Shown here in pieces: positions 13,101 through 28,100 of a stretch of DNA of 64,000 bases (the first letter of the stretch is position 1; each line of letters begins with the position of its first letter). A model generated the notes under the pieces. The model did not search any database. It was given only the letters and a program-made list of their open reading frames with translations, and was not told the origin of the DNA. This DNA is from Vicinamibacteria bacterium (GTDB taxonomy: Bacteria; Acidobacteriota; Vicinamibacteria; Marinacidobacterales; Marinacidobacteraceae), in contig OY821641.1 of assembly GCA_963555995.3 (NCBI GenBank), positions 3,328,001 to 3,392,000 on the forward strand, written 5' to 3'. Position numbers and translations under genes: made by a program.

Positions 13101-16100
13101 GGATCAATACCCGAGAACCCGACCGCAAACCCGCGAACCGATACGCCAACTCCGCCGTCACGTACGCCACCGGCACCGTCGCCAGCTCCCCCGCCGTATG
13201 CCCCGCCGGCGCCAACGCCAACAACTCCGCCCGCGTCACCACCTCCGGTCCGAACGCGCCCGCCGCGAACCCCAGCACCCGCTCCCCGACCGACAAACCC
13301 GAAACCCCCGACCCCAACTCCACGACCCGACCGCACACCTCTCCGCCCAGCAGAAGCTCCTCCTCCAGAAGCCCCATCCCGAGCATCACGTCCAGGAAGT
13401 TCACCCCCGCCGCCTCCACCGCAACCCGGACCTCCCCCGCTCCCAGAGGAACCTCCGGAACCGACTCCGCCCGCAGCCCCGACAACGATCCATCCGCATC
13501 CGGCGACAACCGCCAGCCGCCAGCCTCCGGCAACTCCACTCCCGGTCCCGAGCGCACCAGCCGGGGCACCAGCCGCCCGCCTCCCCGCAACGCAACCCGC
13601 GGCTCCCCGTCCGGCCACACCAACTCGTCCGCCAACCGCTCCGCCGTGAACGGACCCCCCGGGTCCACGTCCACCAGCCGGACGTTCAGGTCCCGGTGCT
13701 CCAGGCCCGCCACCGCACCAAGACCCCACAGCGACGCACCCGACAGCGCGCCCCCCCGCTCCCCGCCCAACACCTGCCCCCCCCGCGTCACCAGCCACAG
13801 ACCCGAGGCCGGCGCCGTCCCCGCGTCCGACATCCCCTGCAACAGACTCAGGGCGCTCCCCCCGATCTCCTCCAACTCCAGCGAAAGCTCCGAAACCGTC
13901 GCCCCCGCACTGTCTCCCCGAACCGCCGCCAGGTGCGCCACCCCACGCAACGGAGCGTCTCCCGCGAGCGACGCGAAGAACCGGCGCCAACCCTCCCGGT
14001 CCGCCGACCCCGAGGGACCGAACGACACTTCCTGGCCCCGACGCGAAAGCTCCCCCGCCAACTCCGCCGCCACCGCCCCTTCCCCCGACACCACGAACAG
14101 GCCCCGCTCCCCCGCAACCGCCGCCGGGCCCCGCGCCGCCAGCACCACCTGACCGCCCGCCTCGCCCACCAACGCAACCTCCCCATACCCCGACGCCGAC
14201 AGCGCCCGCCCCCAATCCTCACGCCCCACCAGCGCGTAGTCCGACCGATACCCGTCCGCGAAACGCCACCAACCCGGCAGCAGTCCGAACGTCAGGTCCA
14301 GCCAACCCCGCCGCTCCGTCCCCTCCAGCAGCAACAACAACCCCGACGGCGCCAGCAACCGACGGCAGTGCGCCAGCGACTCCTCCAGGTCCCGCGTCGC
14401 GTGCAGCACGTTCGCCGCCACCACCACGTCGAAACCGTGCTCCCCGAACCCCTGCGCCAACGGGTCCCGCTCGATGTCCAGGACCCGATACCGCACCTCC
14501 GCGCCCGCATCCCCGAAACGCCGCTCCGCCGACGACAGGAAACCCGCCGACACGTCCGTGAACTCGTACTCCGTCCGACCCGACGGCAACGCCGCCAGCA
14601 CCGCTCCCGTCGTCGCCCCCGTCCCCGCTCCCACCTCCAGGACCCGAAGGCGCCGGCCCTCCGGCAGACCCGCGACCGCCGCTCCCGCCGCCGCCCCCAC
14701 CAGGCGGTTCAAAGCCCGCGCCCCCGGCGAACGCCAGTACAGCTCCGCCGCGCCCGCGCCCCCCTCCCCGAACAGCAACTCCACCGCGTCCGCACGCCCC
14801 CGCAACACCTCCGACAGCGATCCACCGCAGCGCGCCAGAACCTCACCCTCCACCGAATCCCCACCCGCCCCCGGCGCCGAAACCCCCGCCGGCAGCGGCT
14901 CCGCCGAGCCCACCGTCACCAGCCATTCCCCCGCAACGTCCCGCGCCAGCACACCCCCCTCCTCCAGCAGCGCCAGCAACCGACCGAACAGCTTCCGGTG
15001 CTCCCCCGTCACTTTCAACCCACGACGCAACCCCTCCCCCGATACCCGGTCCCCCGACGACCGCTCCCAACCCAGCTCCTCGAGCGCCCGCAACGCATAC
15101 CACCGCGACTCCCGCTCCAACGCCTCCCCACCCGAAGCCAGCGCCGACGCATCCACACCCTCCGCCGACAAGTACCCATCCACCGAACCCACCGACGACG
15201 CAACCTCCGACGGACCCTCCAGGAACTCCGCCGAACGCAACCCCACCGGCGGCCCCGAACGCCACGCGACCTCATACAGCAGCTCGTCCACCCCCACCCC
15301 CAGCAGCGACGCACGGCTCGCCCGACGCAGCCGGAGACCCTCCACCCCTCCCAGCGCCTCCCCCGCCGGACCGTAGATCCCCAGGTCCACCTTCCGGTCC
15401 TCCCCCGTAGCGGACCCCGCGCCCTCCCGCAGCCGCGCCCGGCAGATCACCCGCTCCGGCAGCGGACCCCCCAGCCACAGCCGCTCCCAGCCCACCGGAA
15501 GGCGCGCCCCCTCCTCCCCCGACAGACCCGACACACCCGACAGCGCCTGGAAACACCCGTCCAGCAGCACCGGATGCGCCAGCAGTCCCCCGCCCGCCAA
15601 CGCCGCCGGCAGCGCAACCTCCCCCAGCGCCTCCCCTACACCCGACCACAGGCCCGAGAGAACCCGGAACCCGGGACCGAACGCGATCCCCGCCTCCGCC
15701 AGCCTCCCGTACACCCCCGCCGGATCCACCTCCACGAGCCCCGTCCGCACCCCCTCCAAGTCCAAACCCTCGGACGCCTCCGCAGCACCGGACCCCACCC
15801 GACCCGCCGCGTGCACCTCCCACTCCGAGCCCGAACCCCCACGGCTCACCACCTCGAAGCCGCCCTCCGACCCCAACACCACCTGCACCGTCCGGAACTC
15901 CCCCTCCGAAAACACCAACGGACGCTGGATCTCCACCTCCTCGAGCGCCCACGGAGAACCCGATCCCGTCTCCCGCAGCGCCTCCAGGACCTGCACCGCA
16001 TAGAGCGCCCCCGGCGCCAACACCTCCCCGAACACCCGATGGTCCCCGAGCCAACCCGGCGCGCTCCCCGACAACTCCGTCTCGAACGAGACCTCCCCGT

Positions 16101-19100
16101 CCCGCGCGTCCCGGCGCAGCCCCAGCAGCGCGTGCCCTCCCGCCCCACGACCGCGCGGCGCCTCCACCCAGTACCGCTCCCGCTGGAACGGATACGTCGG
16201 CAGCGATACCCGCCGGCGCTTCTCCCCGGTGAACAGACCCTCGAACGAAACGTCGAGCCCCGCCTCGTACGCCGCTCCCACCGCCCGAACCCAGCCCTCG
16301 CTCCCGCCTCCCGCCGGAACCGACACCACCCGCAGACCCCCGTCTCCCGGCCACGCCGACGACGCCCGTTCGCCCAGCCCTCCCGACGGGCCAACCTCCA
16401 CCAGCAGTCCCACTCCCAGACCCGACAGCGTCTCCAGCGCCCGCTCGAAGCGCACCTCTCCTTCCGAACCCCAGGCGCCGGCCTCCGGAACCCCTTCCTC
16501 CAGCCGACCGCTCACGCCGCGCACCAGCGGCACCTCCGGCGGCGACGGCTTCCCCTTCCAACCGCGGCCCGTCGCCAGCCGCAGCCCCCCCTCCAGATCC
16601 ACTACCCCCGACGCACGCGCCGCCGCCAACTCCCCCGCGCCGCAACCCCAGACCACCCCCGGAACCACCCCCACGCTCGCCCACAGCGCCGTCAGCCCCG
16701 CCTGCAACGCATACCGCGCCGCCCCCTCCTCCTCCGGGCCCTCCCCTCCCAGCGCCGCCGCGCAGCGGTCCACCACCTCGCGGAACGCCGGCTCGATCCC
16801 ATACAGCTCCCGCCCCACCGCGGACCACTCGCCACCCTCTCCCCCATAGAGGAACGCGACCTTCCCGACCGACGACTCCCGACCCTCAACCCCCTCCGCC
16901 ACCTGCCGTAGCCCCGCGCGCAGCGTGTCCTCGTCCCGGAACACCACCCCCGCTCGCCAACCGAAGTGGCTCCGGCCCACCCCCGCCGTCCACGCCACAT
17001 CGGAAAGGCGCTCCGCCAGCGGCGACTCTTCCGTCAGGAAGCCCAGATAGCGGCCCGCCAACTCCGAAAGCGCCCCCGGCGTCCGACCCGACAGCGGCAG
17101 CACCCGGTGAGCCCGTTCGGCGTGGCGCGGTTCGTCCGACGCCGAGGGACGCTCCCCGTAGCCCTCCACGATGACGTGCGCGTTCGTCCCCGAATAGCCG
17201 AACGAGCTCACCCCCGCGCGCCGCGGGCGGTCCGCCACCGGCCAACCCGTCGCCTCCGACACCACCCGCACCGGAAGCTCCTCCCACGCGATCCGAGGGT
17301 TCGGACGCTCGAAGTGCAGGTGCCGCGGGATCTCCGCCGAACCCAGCGCCAGCAGCACCTTGATCAGACCCGCAACCCCCGCCGCCCCCTCCAGGTGACC
17401 CACGTTCGTCTTCACCGACCCCACCAGCAGCGGACGCTCCGGATCCCGGCCCTCCCCGTACGCCGCTCCCGCCGCCGCCACCTCCACCGGGTCCCCCAAC
17501 TCCGTCCCCGTCCCGTGCGCCTCCAGGTAGTCCACCTCCCACGGCTCCAACCCCGCACGCAACAGCGCCTCCCCGATCACCCGCTCCTGCGCCGGTCCGT
17601 TCGGAACCGTCAAACCCGCGCTCGCCCCGTCCTGGTTCACCGCCGAGCCCAGCAATACCCCCAGCACCCGGTCCCCGTCACGCTCCGCATCCGACAATCG
17701 CTTCAGCACCACCATCCCGCATCCCTCCCCCCGCACGTACCCGTCCGCCGACGCGTCGAACGTCTTGCAGCGCCCGTCCCCCGCCAGCATCCCACCGTCC
17801 GTGAACAGACCGGTCACCCCCGAAGTCAAGATCGCGTTCACCCCCCCCGCCAGCGCCAGGTCCGCCTCCCCCTGCAAAAGCCCCATCGCCGCCTGGTGCA
17901 CCGCCACCAGCGACGACGAACACGCCGTGTCCACCGTGATCGCCGGGCCCGTGAGCCCCAGCGCGAACGAAACACGTCCCACCGCCGTCGAGGCCGTCAC
18001 CCCCGTCGCCCGATACAGGTTCCGCGCCGGCTCCACCGCCGACGACGCCACCAGCATCTGATACTCGCTCCCGCACACGCCCCCATACACCCCCGTCCGG
18101 CTCCCCCGCAGACGCCCCGGCGCCAGACCCGCGTCCTCCAGCGCCGCCCAGCTCACCTCCAGCAGCAAGCGCTGCTGCGGGTCCAGCAACTCCGCCTCCG
18201 ACGGCGCGATCCGGAAAAACTCCGCGTCAAACCGGTCCAACCCCTCCACATACGCCCCATACGGACGCGCCGACTCCGTCTCCCCGTCCACGAACAGCCC
18301 GTCCGGACGCCCCCGCGTCACCGCGCACCCCCCCGAACGCAGCAACTCCCCGAATCCTCCCAGGTCCGCACCCCCCGGAAAACGGCACGCCATCCCCACC
18401 ACCGCAACCCGATCCGCTGCCGACGGACGCGCCACCACCCGCGGGACCCCCGACACGGGCTCGCCCCACCCCAACTCTCCCGCCAGGCGCCGCGCCAGAC
18501 GCGTCGCGTCCGGGTGGTCGAACACCGCCGTGTTCGACATCGTCAACACTCCACCCAACGCCCGGTTCACCCGGTTCCGCAACTCCACCGCCATCAGCGA
18601 GTCCATCCCCAGCTCGAAGAACCCCGCGTCCGCGGGCGGCAACGACCGCAGCCGCAGCACCGACGCCAGCTCCTCCCGCAGGAAGCCCACCAGCGCCGCC
18701 TCCCGCTCCGGCTCCGGCAGCCCCCGCAGGCGCTCCCCCAGGTCCCCGCGCACCCCACGCTCCTCCACCGCCTCCGCACGCACCAGCTCCTCCAGCAACG
18801 GCGGCGGCGACGACAGCGACGTCCAGTCCACCGACGCCGCAACGCTCCTCCCCACGTCCGCCCGCACCAGCCGCGTCAGCGCCTCCAGCCCGCGCTCCGG
18901 CGCCATCCACCCCTCCCCATACGCCGCGACCCGGCCCGCGATCCGCTCCCGCTGCTCCTCCGCCTCCCCCACGCCCGACCACGCCCCCCACGCGATCGCC
19001 TGGCCCGCCAAACCACGCGAGCGCCGGTGCGCCGCCAACTGGTCCAGGAACGCATTCGCCGCCGCGTGGTTCGCCTGACCCGCGCTCCCGAACACCCCCG

Positions 19101-22100
19101 CCGCGCTCGAAAACAGCACGAACAACTCCAGCTCCCGGTCCTCCGTCGCCCGGTGCAGCCGCCACGCCCCCAGGACCTTCGGCCACAGCACCTCCTCGAA
19201 GCGTCCCCAGTCCAGGTTCACCAGCGCCCCGTCCGACAGCACCCCCACGCAGTGCAGCACCCCTCCCAGCGGCGGCAGCTCCTCCTCCACCCGCCCCAGC
19301 ATCGCCGCCACCGCAGCCCCGTCCGTCACGTCCGCAATCTCCACCCGAACCTCCACCCCCCGACCCCGCAGGCTCTCCACCGCCGCTTCCGCCGCCGCGT
19401 CCGGCGCCCGGCGACCGTTCAGCACCACCGCACCCGCACCCCGGTCACCCAGCCACCCGGCGACCGCCAGACCAACGCCCCCCAGGCCCCCCGTCACCAG
19501 GTAACTCCGGTCTCCACGCAAACGCCCCCCCGCCAACGCCGACGGCAGCAGCACGTTCTTCCCCACGTGACGCGCCTCCCGCATCGTCTCCAACGCCCCT
19601 CCCGCTTCCAGCAGCGGCCACCGGCCGAACGGAAGCGGCTCCAGCTCTCCCGAACCCAGGCGGCCCACCACGTCCCGCAACACCGAACCCAAACGCCCCG
19701 GGTCCTCTCGACCCAAACGGTCCACCCCCAAGACCCAATACCGCACCTCCGGCCGCAGCTCCGCAACCTCCGCCGCACTCCAGATCCCACGCTTCCCCAA
19801 CTCCACGAAACAACCCCCCTCCCGCAAACACCCCAGCCCCGCCTCCACGAACCCCGCTCCCGTCAGGCTGTTCAGAACCAGGTCCACCCCCTCACCCCCC
19901 GTCGCCGCCAGCACCCCCTCTCCGAATCCAACGTCCCGGCTGTCGAACACCCAGCGAACACCCAGCGAACGCAGGTACTCCTGCTTCGGCGCACTCGCCG
20001 TCGAATACACCTCATACCCCGCCGCCCGCGCCAGCCGGATCGCCGCCTGGCCCACTCCACCCGTCCCCGCGTGGATCAATACCCGAGAACCCGACCGCAA
20101 ACCCGCGAACCGATACGCCAACTCCGCCGTCACGTACGCCACCGGCACCGTCGCCAGCTCCCCCGCCGTATGCCCCGCCGGCGCCAACGCCAACAACTCC
20201 GCCCGCGTCACCACCTCCGGTCCGAACGCGCCCGCCGCGAACCCCAGCACCCGCTCCCCGACCGACAAACCCGAAACCCCCGATCCCAACTCCACGACCC
20301 GACCGCACACCTCTCCGCCCAGCGGCTGCTCCTCGTCCACCAGCCTCATCCCCACCAGCACGTCGTGGAAGTTCACCCCCGCCGCCTCCACCGCAACCCG
20401 GACCTCCCCCGCTCCCAGAGGAACCTCCGGAACCGACTCCGCCCGCAACCCCGACAACGATCCATCCGCACCCGGCGACAACCGCCAGTCCCCGCCCTCC
20501 GGCAACTCCACTCCCGGTCCCGAGCGCACCAGCCGCGGCACCAGCCGCCCGCCTCCCCGCAACGCAACCCGTGGCTCCCCGTCCGGCCACACCAACTCGT
20601 CCGCCAACCGCTCCGCCGCGAACGGCCCCGCCGGATCCACATCCACCAGCCGGACGTTCAGGTCCCGGTGCTCCAGACCCGCCGCCGCTCCCAGCCCCCA
20701 CAGCGACGCGCCCGACAGCCCGCCCCCCCGCTCCCCGCCCAACACCTGCCCCCCCCGCGTCACCAGCCACAGACCCGAGGCCGGCGACGCCCCCGCGTCC
20801 GACATCCCCTGCAACAGACCCAATACCCCCGAACCCAACTCGCGCAGCCGCCGCTCCAACTCCTCCACCGTCGCCCCCGTCTCGTCGCCCCCGACTCCCG
20901 AAACGTCCACCACCCCACGCAACCGCTCCTTCCCATCCATATCCCCGAAGAACGACTCCCACGCTTCCCGCTCCCCCCCCGCCGGTCCGCGCCGGACCTC
21001 CTGGCCCCGACGCGAAAGCTCCCCCGCCAACTCCGCAACCTCCGCCCCCTCGCCCGACAGCACGAACAGGCCCCGCTCCCCCGCAACCGCCGCCGGGCCC
21101 CGCGCCGCCAGCACCACCTGACCGCCCGCCTCGCCCACCAACGCAACCTCCCCATACCCCGACGCCGACAGCGCCCGCCCCCACGCCTCACGCCCCACCA
21201 GCGCGTAGTCCGACCGATATACGTCATCGAAACGCCACCAACCCGGCAGCAGTCCGAACGTCAGGTCCAGCCAACCCCGCCGCTCCGTACCCTCCAGCAG
21301 CAACAACAACCCCGACGGCGCCAGCAACCGACGGCAGTGCGCCAGCGACTCCTCCAGGTCCCGCGTCGCGTGCAGCACGTTCGCCGCCACCAACACGTCG
21401 AAACCGTGCTCCCCGAACCCCTGCGCCAACGGGTCCCGCTCAATGTCCAGGACCCGATACCGCACCTCCGCGCCCGCATCCCCGAAACGCCGCTCCGCCG
21501 ACGACAGGAAACCCGCCGACACGTCGGTGAACTCGTACTCCGTCCGACCCGACGGCAACGCCGCCAGCACCGCTCCCGTCGTCGCCCCCGTCCCCGCTCC
21601 CACCTCCAGGACCCGAAGGCGCCGGCCCTCCGGCAGACCCGCGACCGCCGCTCCCGCCGCCGCTCCCACCAGGCGGTTCAGCGCCCGCGCCCCCGGCGAA
21701 CGCCAATACAGCTCCGCCGCGCCCAGCTCCTCGCCGAACATCAACTCGAGCGGATCCCGACGGCCACGCAACACCTCCGACAACGACTCGCCGCAACGCC
21801 GCAGCAAACCCTCCTCCGCCGACCCTCCCGCCTCCTCCGAAACCCCGAATGACTCCGGCAGCGGCTCCTCCGAGCCCGCCGTCACCAGCCATTCCCCCGC
21901 AACGTCCCGCGCCAGCACGCCCCCCTCCTCCAGCAACGCCAGCAACCGGCCGAACAGACGCCCGTGCTCCCCCGTCACCCGCAACCCGCGACGCAACCCT
22001 TCCTCCGATACCCGCTCGCCCGAGGACCGCTCCCAACCCAACTCCTCCAGCGCCCGAAGCGCATATCCCCGCGACAGACGCTCCAGCGCCTCCCCCGCCG

Positions 22101-25100
22101 AAGCCAGCGCCGACACCTCCACACCCTCCGCCGACAAGTACGCATCCACCGAACCCACCGACGACGCCACCTCCGACGGACCCTCCAGGAACTCCGCCGA
22201 ACGCAACCCCACCGGCGGCCCCGAGCGCCAATCCACCTCATACAGCAACTCCCCGACCCCCACCCCCAGCAGCGACGCACGGCTCGCCCGACGCAGCCGG
22301 AGACCCTCCACCCCTCCCAGCGCCTCCCCCGCCGGACCGTAGATCCCCAGGTCCACCTTCCGGTCCTCCCCCGTAGCGGACCCCGCGCCCTCCCGCAGCC
22401 GCGCCCGGCAGATCACCCGCTCCGGCAGCGGACCTCCCAGCCACAGCCGCTCCCAGCCCACCGGAAAACGCGCCCCCTCCTCCCCCGACAGACCCGACAC
22501 ACCCGACAGCGCCTGGAAACACCCGTCCAGCAGCACCGGATGCGCCAGCAGTCCCCCGCCCGCCAACGCCGCCGGCAGCGCAACCTCCCCCAGCGCCTCC
22601 CCTACACCCGACCACAGGCCCGAGAGAACCCGGAACCCGGGACCGAACGCGATCCCCGCCTCCGCCAGCCTCCCGTACACCCCCGCCGGATCCACCTCCA
22701 CGAGCCCCGCCCGCACCACTTCCACGTCCAGCCCCTCCGACGCCACCGCGGCACCGGACCCCACCCGACCCGCCGCGTGCACCTCCCACTCCGAGCCCGA
22801 ACCCCCACGGCTCACCACCTCGAAGCCACCCTCCCCTCCCAACACCACCTGCACCGTCCGGAACTCCCCCTCCGAAAACACCAACGGACGCTGGATCTCC
22901 ACCTCCTCGAGCGCCCAGGGAGAACCCGATCCCGTCTCCCGCAGCGCCTCCAGGACCTGCACCGCATAGAGCGCCCCCGGCGCCAACACCTCCCCGAACA
23001 CCCGGTGGTCCCCGAGCCAACCCGGCGCGCTCCCCGACAACTCCCTCTCGAACGAGACCTCCCCGTCCCGCGCGTCCCGGCGCAGCCCCAGCAGCGCGTG
23101 CTCTCCCGCACCACGACCGCGCGCCGCCTCCACCCAGTACCGCTCCCGCTGGAACGGATACGTCGGCACCGACACCCGACGGCGCTTCTCTCCCCCATAC
23201 AGCCCCTCGAACGCCACCGGCAGCCCCGCCTCGTACGCCTCCCCCACCGCCCGAACCCACCCCTCGCTCCCGTCTCCCGCCGGAACCGACACCACCCGCA
23301 GACCCGCGTCCCCCGGCCACGCCGACGACGCCCGTTCGCCCAGCCCCCCCGACGGGCCCACCTCCACCAGCAGGCCCACGCCCAGCCCCGACAACGTCTC
23401 CAGCGCCCGCTCGAAGCGCACCTCTCCTTCCGAACCCCAGGCGCCGGCCTCCGGAACCCCTTCCTCCACACGGCCGCTCGCGCCCCGCACCAGCGGCACG
23501 TCCGGCGGCGACGGCGCCCCCTCCCCACCACGGCCCAGCGCCAGCCGCAGCCCCCCCTCCAGCTCCAACACCCCCGACGCGCACGCCGCCGCCGGCTCTC
23601 CCGCGCCGCAACCCCAGACCACCTCCGGAACCACCCCCACGCTCGCCCACAGCGCCGTCAGACCCGCCTGCAGCGCATACCGCGCCGCCGCCTCCGACCA
23701 GTCCTCCGGCGACCGTCCCGCACCCCCCAGCGACGCCGCGCAGCGGTCCACCACTTCGCGGAACGCCGGCTCGCTCCCATACAGCTCCCGCCCCACCGCG
23801 GACCACCCGCCACCCTCTCCCCCGTAGAGGAACGCGACCTTCCCGGCCGGCGGCTCCCCCGCCGCGCCCGCCGCGCCCGCCGCCACCTGCCGCAGCCCCG
23901 CGCGCAGCGTGTCCTCGTCCCGGAACACCACCCCCGCTCGCCAACCGAAGTGGCTCCGGCCCACCCCCGCCGTCCACGCCACATCGGAAAGGCGCTCCGC
24001 CAGCGGCGACTCTTCCGTCAGGAAGCCCAGATAGCGGCCCGCCAACTCCGAAAGCGCCCCCGGCGTCCGACCCGACAGCGGCAGCACCCGGTGAGCCCGT
24101 TCGGCGTGGCGCGGTTCGTCCGACGCCGAGGGACGCTCCCCGTAGCCCTCCACGATGACGTGCGCGTTCGTCCCCGAATAGCCGAACGAGCTCACCCCCG
24201 CGCGCCGCGGGCGGTCCGCCACCGGCCAACCCGTCGCCTCCGACACCACCCGCACCGGAAGCTCCTCCCACGCGATCCGAGGGTTCGGACGCTCGAAGTG
24301 CAGGTGCCGCGGGATCTCCGCCGAACCCAGCGCCAGCAGCACCTTGATCAGACCCGCAACCCCCGCCGCCCCCTCCAGGTGACCCACGTTCGTCTTCACC
24401 GACCCCACCAGCAGCGGACGCTCCGGATCCCGGCCCTCCCCGTACGCCGCTCCCGCCGCCGCCACCTCCACCGGGTCCCCCAACTCCGTCCCCGTCCCGT
24501 GCGCCTCCAGGTAGTCCACCTCCCACGGCTCCAACCCCGCACGCAACAGCGCCTCCCCGATCACCCGCTCCTGCGCCGGTCCGTTCGGAACCGTCAAACC
24601 CGCGCTCGCCCCGTCCTGGTTCACCGCCGAGCCCAGCAATACCCCCAGCACCCGGTCCCCGTCACGCTCCGCATCCGACAATCGCTTCAGCACCACCATC
24701 CCGCATCCCTCCCCCCGCACGTACCCGTCCGCCGACGCGTCGAACGTCTTGCAGCGCCCGTCCCCCGCCAGCATCCCACCGTCCGTGAACAGACCGGTCA
24801 CCCCCGAAGTCAAGATCGCGTTCACCCCCCCCGCCAGCGCCAGGTCCGCCTCCCCCTGCAAAAGCCCCATCGCCGCCTGGTGCACCGCCACCAGCGACGA
24901 CGAACACGCCGTGTCCACCGTGATCGCCGGGCCCGTGAGCCCCAGCGCGAACGAAACACGTCCCACCGCCGTCGAGGCCGTCACCCCCGTCGCCCGATAC
25001 AGGTTCCGCGCCGGCTCCACCGCCGACGACGCCACCAGCATCTGATACTCGCTCCCGCACACGCCCCCATACACCCCCGTCCGGCTCCCCCGCAGACGCC

Positions 25101-28100
25101 CCGGCGCCAGACCCGCGTCCTCCAGCGCCGCCCAGCTCACCTCCAGCAGCAAGCGCTGCTGCGGGTCCAGCAACTCCGCCTCCGACGGCGCGATCCGGAA
25201 AAACTCCGCGTCAAACCGGTCCAACCCCTCCACATACGCCCCATACGGACGCGCCGACTCCGTCTCCCCGTCCACGAACAGCCCGTCCGGACGCCCCCGC
25301 GTCACCGCGCACCCCCCCGAACGCAGCAACTCCCCGAATCCTCCCAGGTCCGCACCCCCCGGAAAACGGCACGCCATCCCCACCACCGCAACCCGATCCG
25401 CTGCCGACGGACGCGCCACCACCCGCGGGACCCCCGACACGGGCTCGCCCCACCCCAACTCTCCCGCCAGGCGCCGCGCCAGACGCGTCGCGTCCGGGTG
25501 GTCGAACACCGCCGTGTTCGACATCGTCAACACTCCACCCAACGCCCGGTTCACCCGGTTCCGCAACTCCACCGCCATCAGCGAGTCCATCCCCAGCTCG
25601 AAGAACCCCGCGTCCGCGGGCGGCAACGACCGCAGCCGCAGCACCGACGCCAGCTCCTCCCGCAGGAAGCCCACCAGCGCCGCCTCCCGCTCCGGCTCCG
25701 GCAGCCCCCGCAGGCGCTCCCCCAGGTCCCCGCGCACCCCACGCTCCTCCACCGCCTCCGCACGCACCAGCTCCTCCAGCAACGGCGGCGGCGACGACAG
25801 CGACGTCCAGTCCACCGACGCCGCAACGCTCCTCCCCACGTCCGCCCGCACCAGCCGCGTCAGCGCCTCCAGCCCGCGCTCCGGCGCCATCCACCCCTCC
25901 CCATACGCCGCGACCCGGCCCGCGATCCGCTCCCGCTGCTCCTCCGCCTCCCCCACGCCCGACCACGCCCCCCACGCGATCGCCTGGCCCGCCAAACCAC
26001 GCGAGCGCCGGTGCGCCGCCAACTGGTCCAGGAACGCATTCGCCGCCGCGTGGTTCGCCTGACCCGCGCTCCCGAACACCCCCGCCGCGCTCGAAAACAG
26101 CACGAACAACTCCAGCTCCCGGTCCTCCGTCGCCCGGTGCAGCCGCCACGCCCCCAGGACCTTCGGCCACAGCACCTCCTCGAAGCGTCCCCAGTCCAGG
26201 TTCACCAGCGCCCCGTCCGACAGCACCCCCACGCAGTGCAGCACCCCTCCCAGCGGCGGCAGCTCCTCCTCCACCCGCCCCAGCATCGCCGCCACCGCAG
26301 CCCCGTCCGTCACGTCCGCAATCTCCACCCGAACCTCCACCCCCCGACCCCGCAGGCTCTCCACCGCCGCTTCCGCCGCCGCGTCCGGCGCCCGGCGACC
26401 GTTCAGCACCACCGCACCCGCACCCCGGTCACCCAGCCACCCGGCGACCGCCAGACCAACGCCCCCCAGGCCCCCCGTCACCAGGTAACTCCGGTCTCCA
26501 CGCAAACGCCCCCCCGCCAACGCCGACGGCAGCAGCACGTTCTTCCCCACGTGACGCGCCTCCCGCATCGTCTCCAACGCCCCTCCCGCTTCCAGCAGCG
26601 GCCACCGGCCGAACGGAAGCGGCTCCAGCTCTCCCGAACCCAGGCGGCCCACCACGTCCCGCAACACCGAACCCAAACGCCCCGGGTCCTCTCGACCCAA
26701 ACGGTCCACCCCCAAGACCCAATACCGCACCTCCGGCCGCAGCTCCGCAACCTCCGCCGCACTCCAGATCCCACGCTTCCCCAACTCCACGAAACAACCC
26801 CCCTCCCGCAAACACCCCAGCCCCGCCTCCACGAACCCCGCTCCCGTCAGGCTGTTCAGAACCAGGTCCACCCCCTCACCCCCCGTCGCCGCCAGCACCC
26901 CCTCTCCGAATCCAACGTCCCGGCTGTCGAACACCCAGCGAACACCCAGCGAACGCAGGTACTCCTGCTTCGGCGCACTCGCCGTCGAATACACCTCATA
27001 CCCCGCCGCCCGCGCCAGCCGGATCGCCGCCTGGCCCACTCCACCCGTCCCCGCGTGGATCAATACCCGAGAACCCGACCGCAAACCCGCGAACCGATAC
27101 GCCAACTCCGCCGTCACGTACGCCACCGGCACCGTCGCCAGCTCCCCCGCCGTATGCCCCGCCGGCGCCAACGCCAACAACTCCGCCCGCGTCACCACCT
27201 CCGGTCCGAACGCGCCCGCCGCGAACCCCAGCACCCGCTCCCCGACCGACAAACCCGAAACCCCCGATCCCAACTCCACGACCCGACCGCACACCTCTCC
27301 GCCCAGCGGCTGCTCCTCGTCCACCAGCCTCATCCCCACCAGCACGTCGTGGAAGTTCACCCCCGCCGCCTCCACCGCAACCCGGACCTCCCCCGCTCCC
27401 AGAGGAACCTCCGGAACCGACTCCGCCCGCAACCCCGACAACGATCCATCCGCACCCGGCGACAACCGCCAGTCCCCGCCCTCCGGCAACTCCACTCCCG
27501 GTCCCGAGCGCACCAGCCGCGGCACCAGCCGCCCGCCTCCCCGCAACGCAACCCGTGGCTCCCCGTCCGGCCACACCAACTCGTCCGCCAACCGCTCCGC
27601 CGCGAACGGCCCCGCCGGATCCACATCCACCAGCCGGACGTTCAGGTCCCGGTGCTCCAGACCCGCCGCCGCTCCCAGCCCCCACAGCGACGCGCCCGAC
27701 AGCCCGCCCCCCCGCTCCCCGCCCAACACCTGCCCCCCCCGCGTCACCAGCCACAGACCCGAGGCCGGCGACGCCCCCGCGTCCGACATCCCCTGCAACA
27801 GACCCAATACCCCCGAACCCAACTCGCGCAGCCGCCGCTCCAACTCCTCCACCGTCGCCCCCGTCTCGTCGCCCCCGACTCCCGAAACGTCCACCACCCC
27901 ACGCAACCGCTCCTTCCCATCCATATCCCCGAAGAACGACTCCCACGCTTCCCGCTCCCCCCCCGCCGGTCCGCGCCGGACCTCCTGGCCCCGACGCGAA
28001 AGCTCCCCCGCCAACTCCGCAACCTCCGCCCCCTCGCCCGACAGCACGAACAGGCCCCGCTCCCCCGCAACCGCCGCCGGGCCCCGCGCCGCCAGCACCA

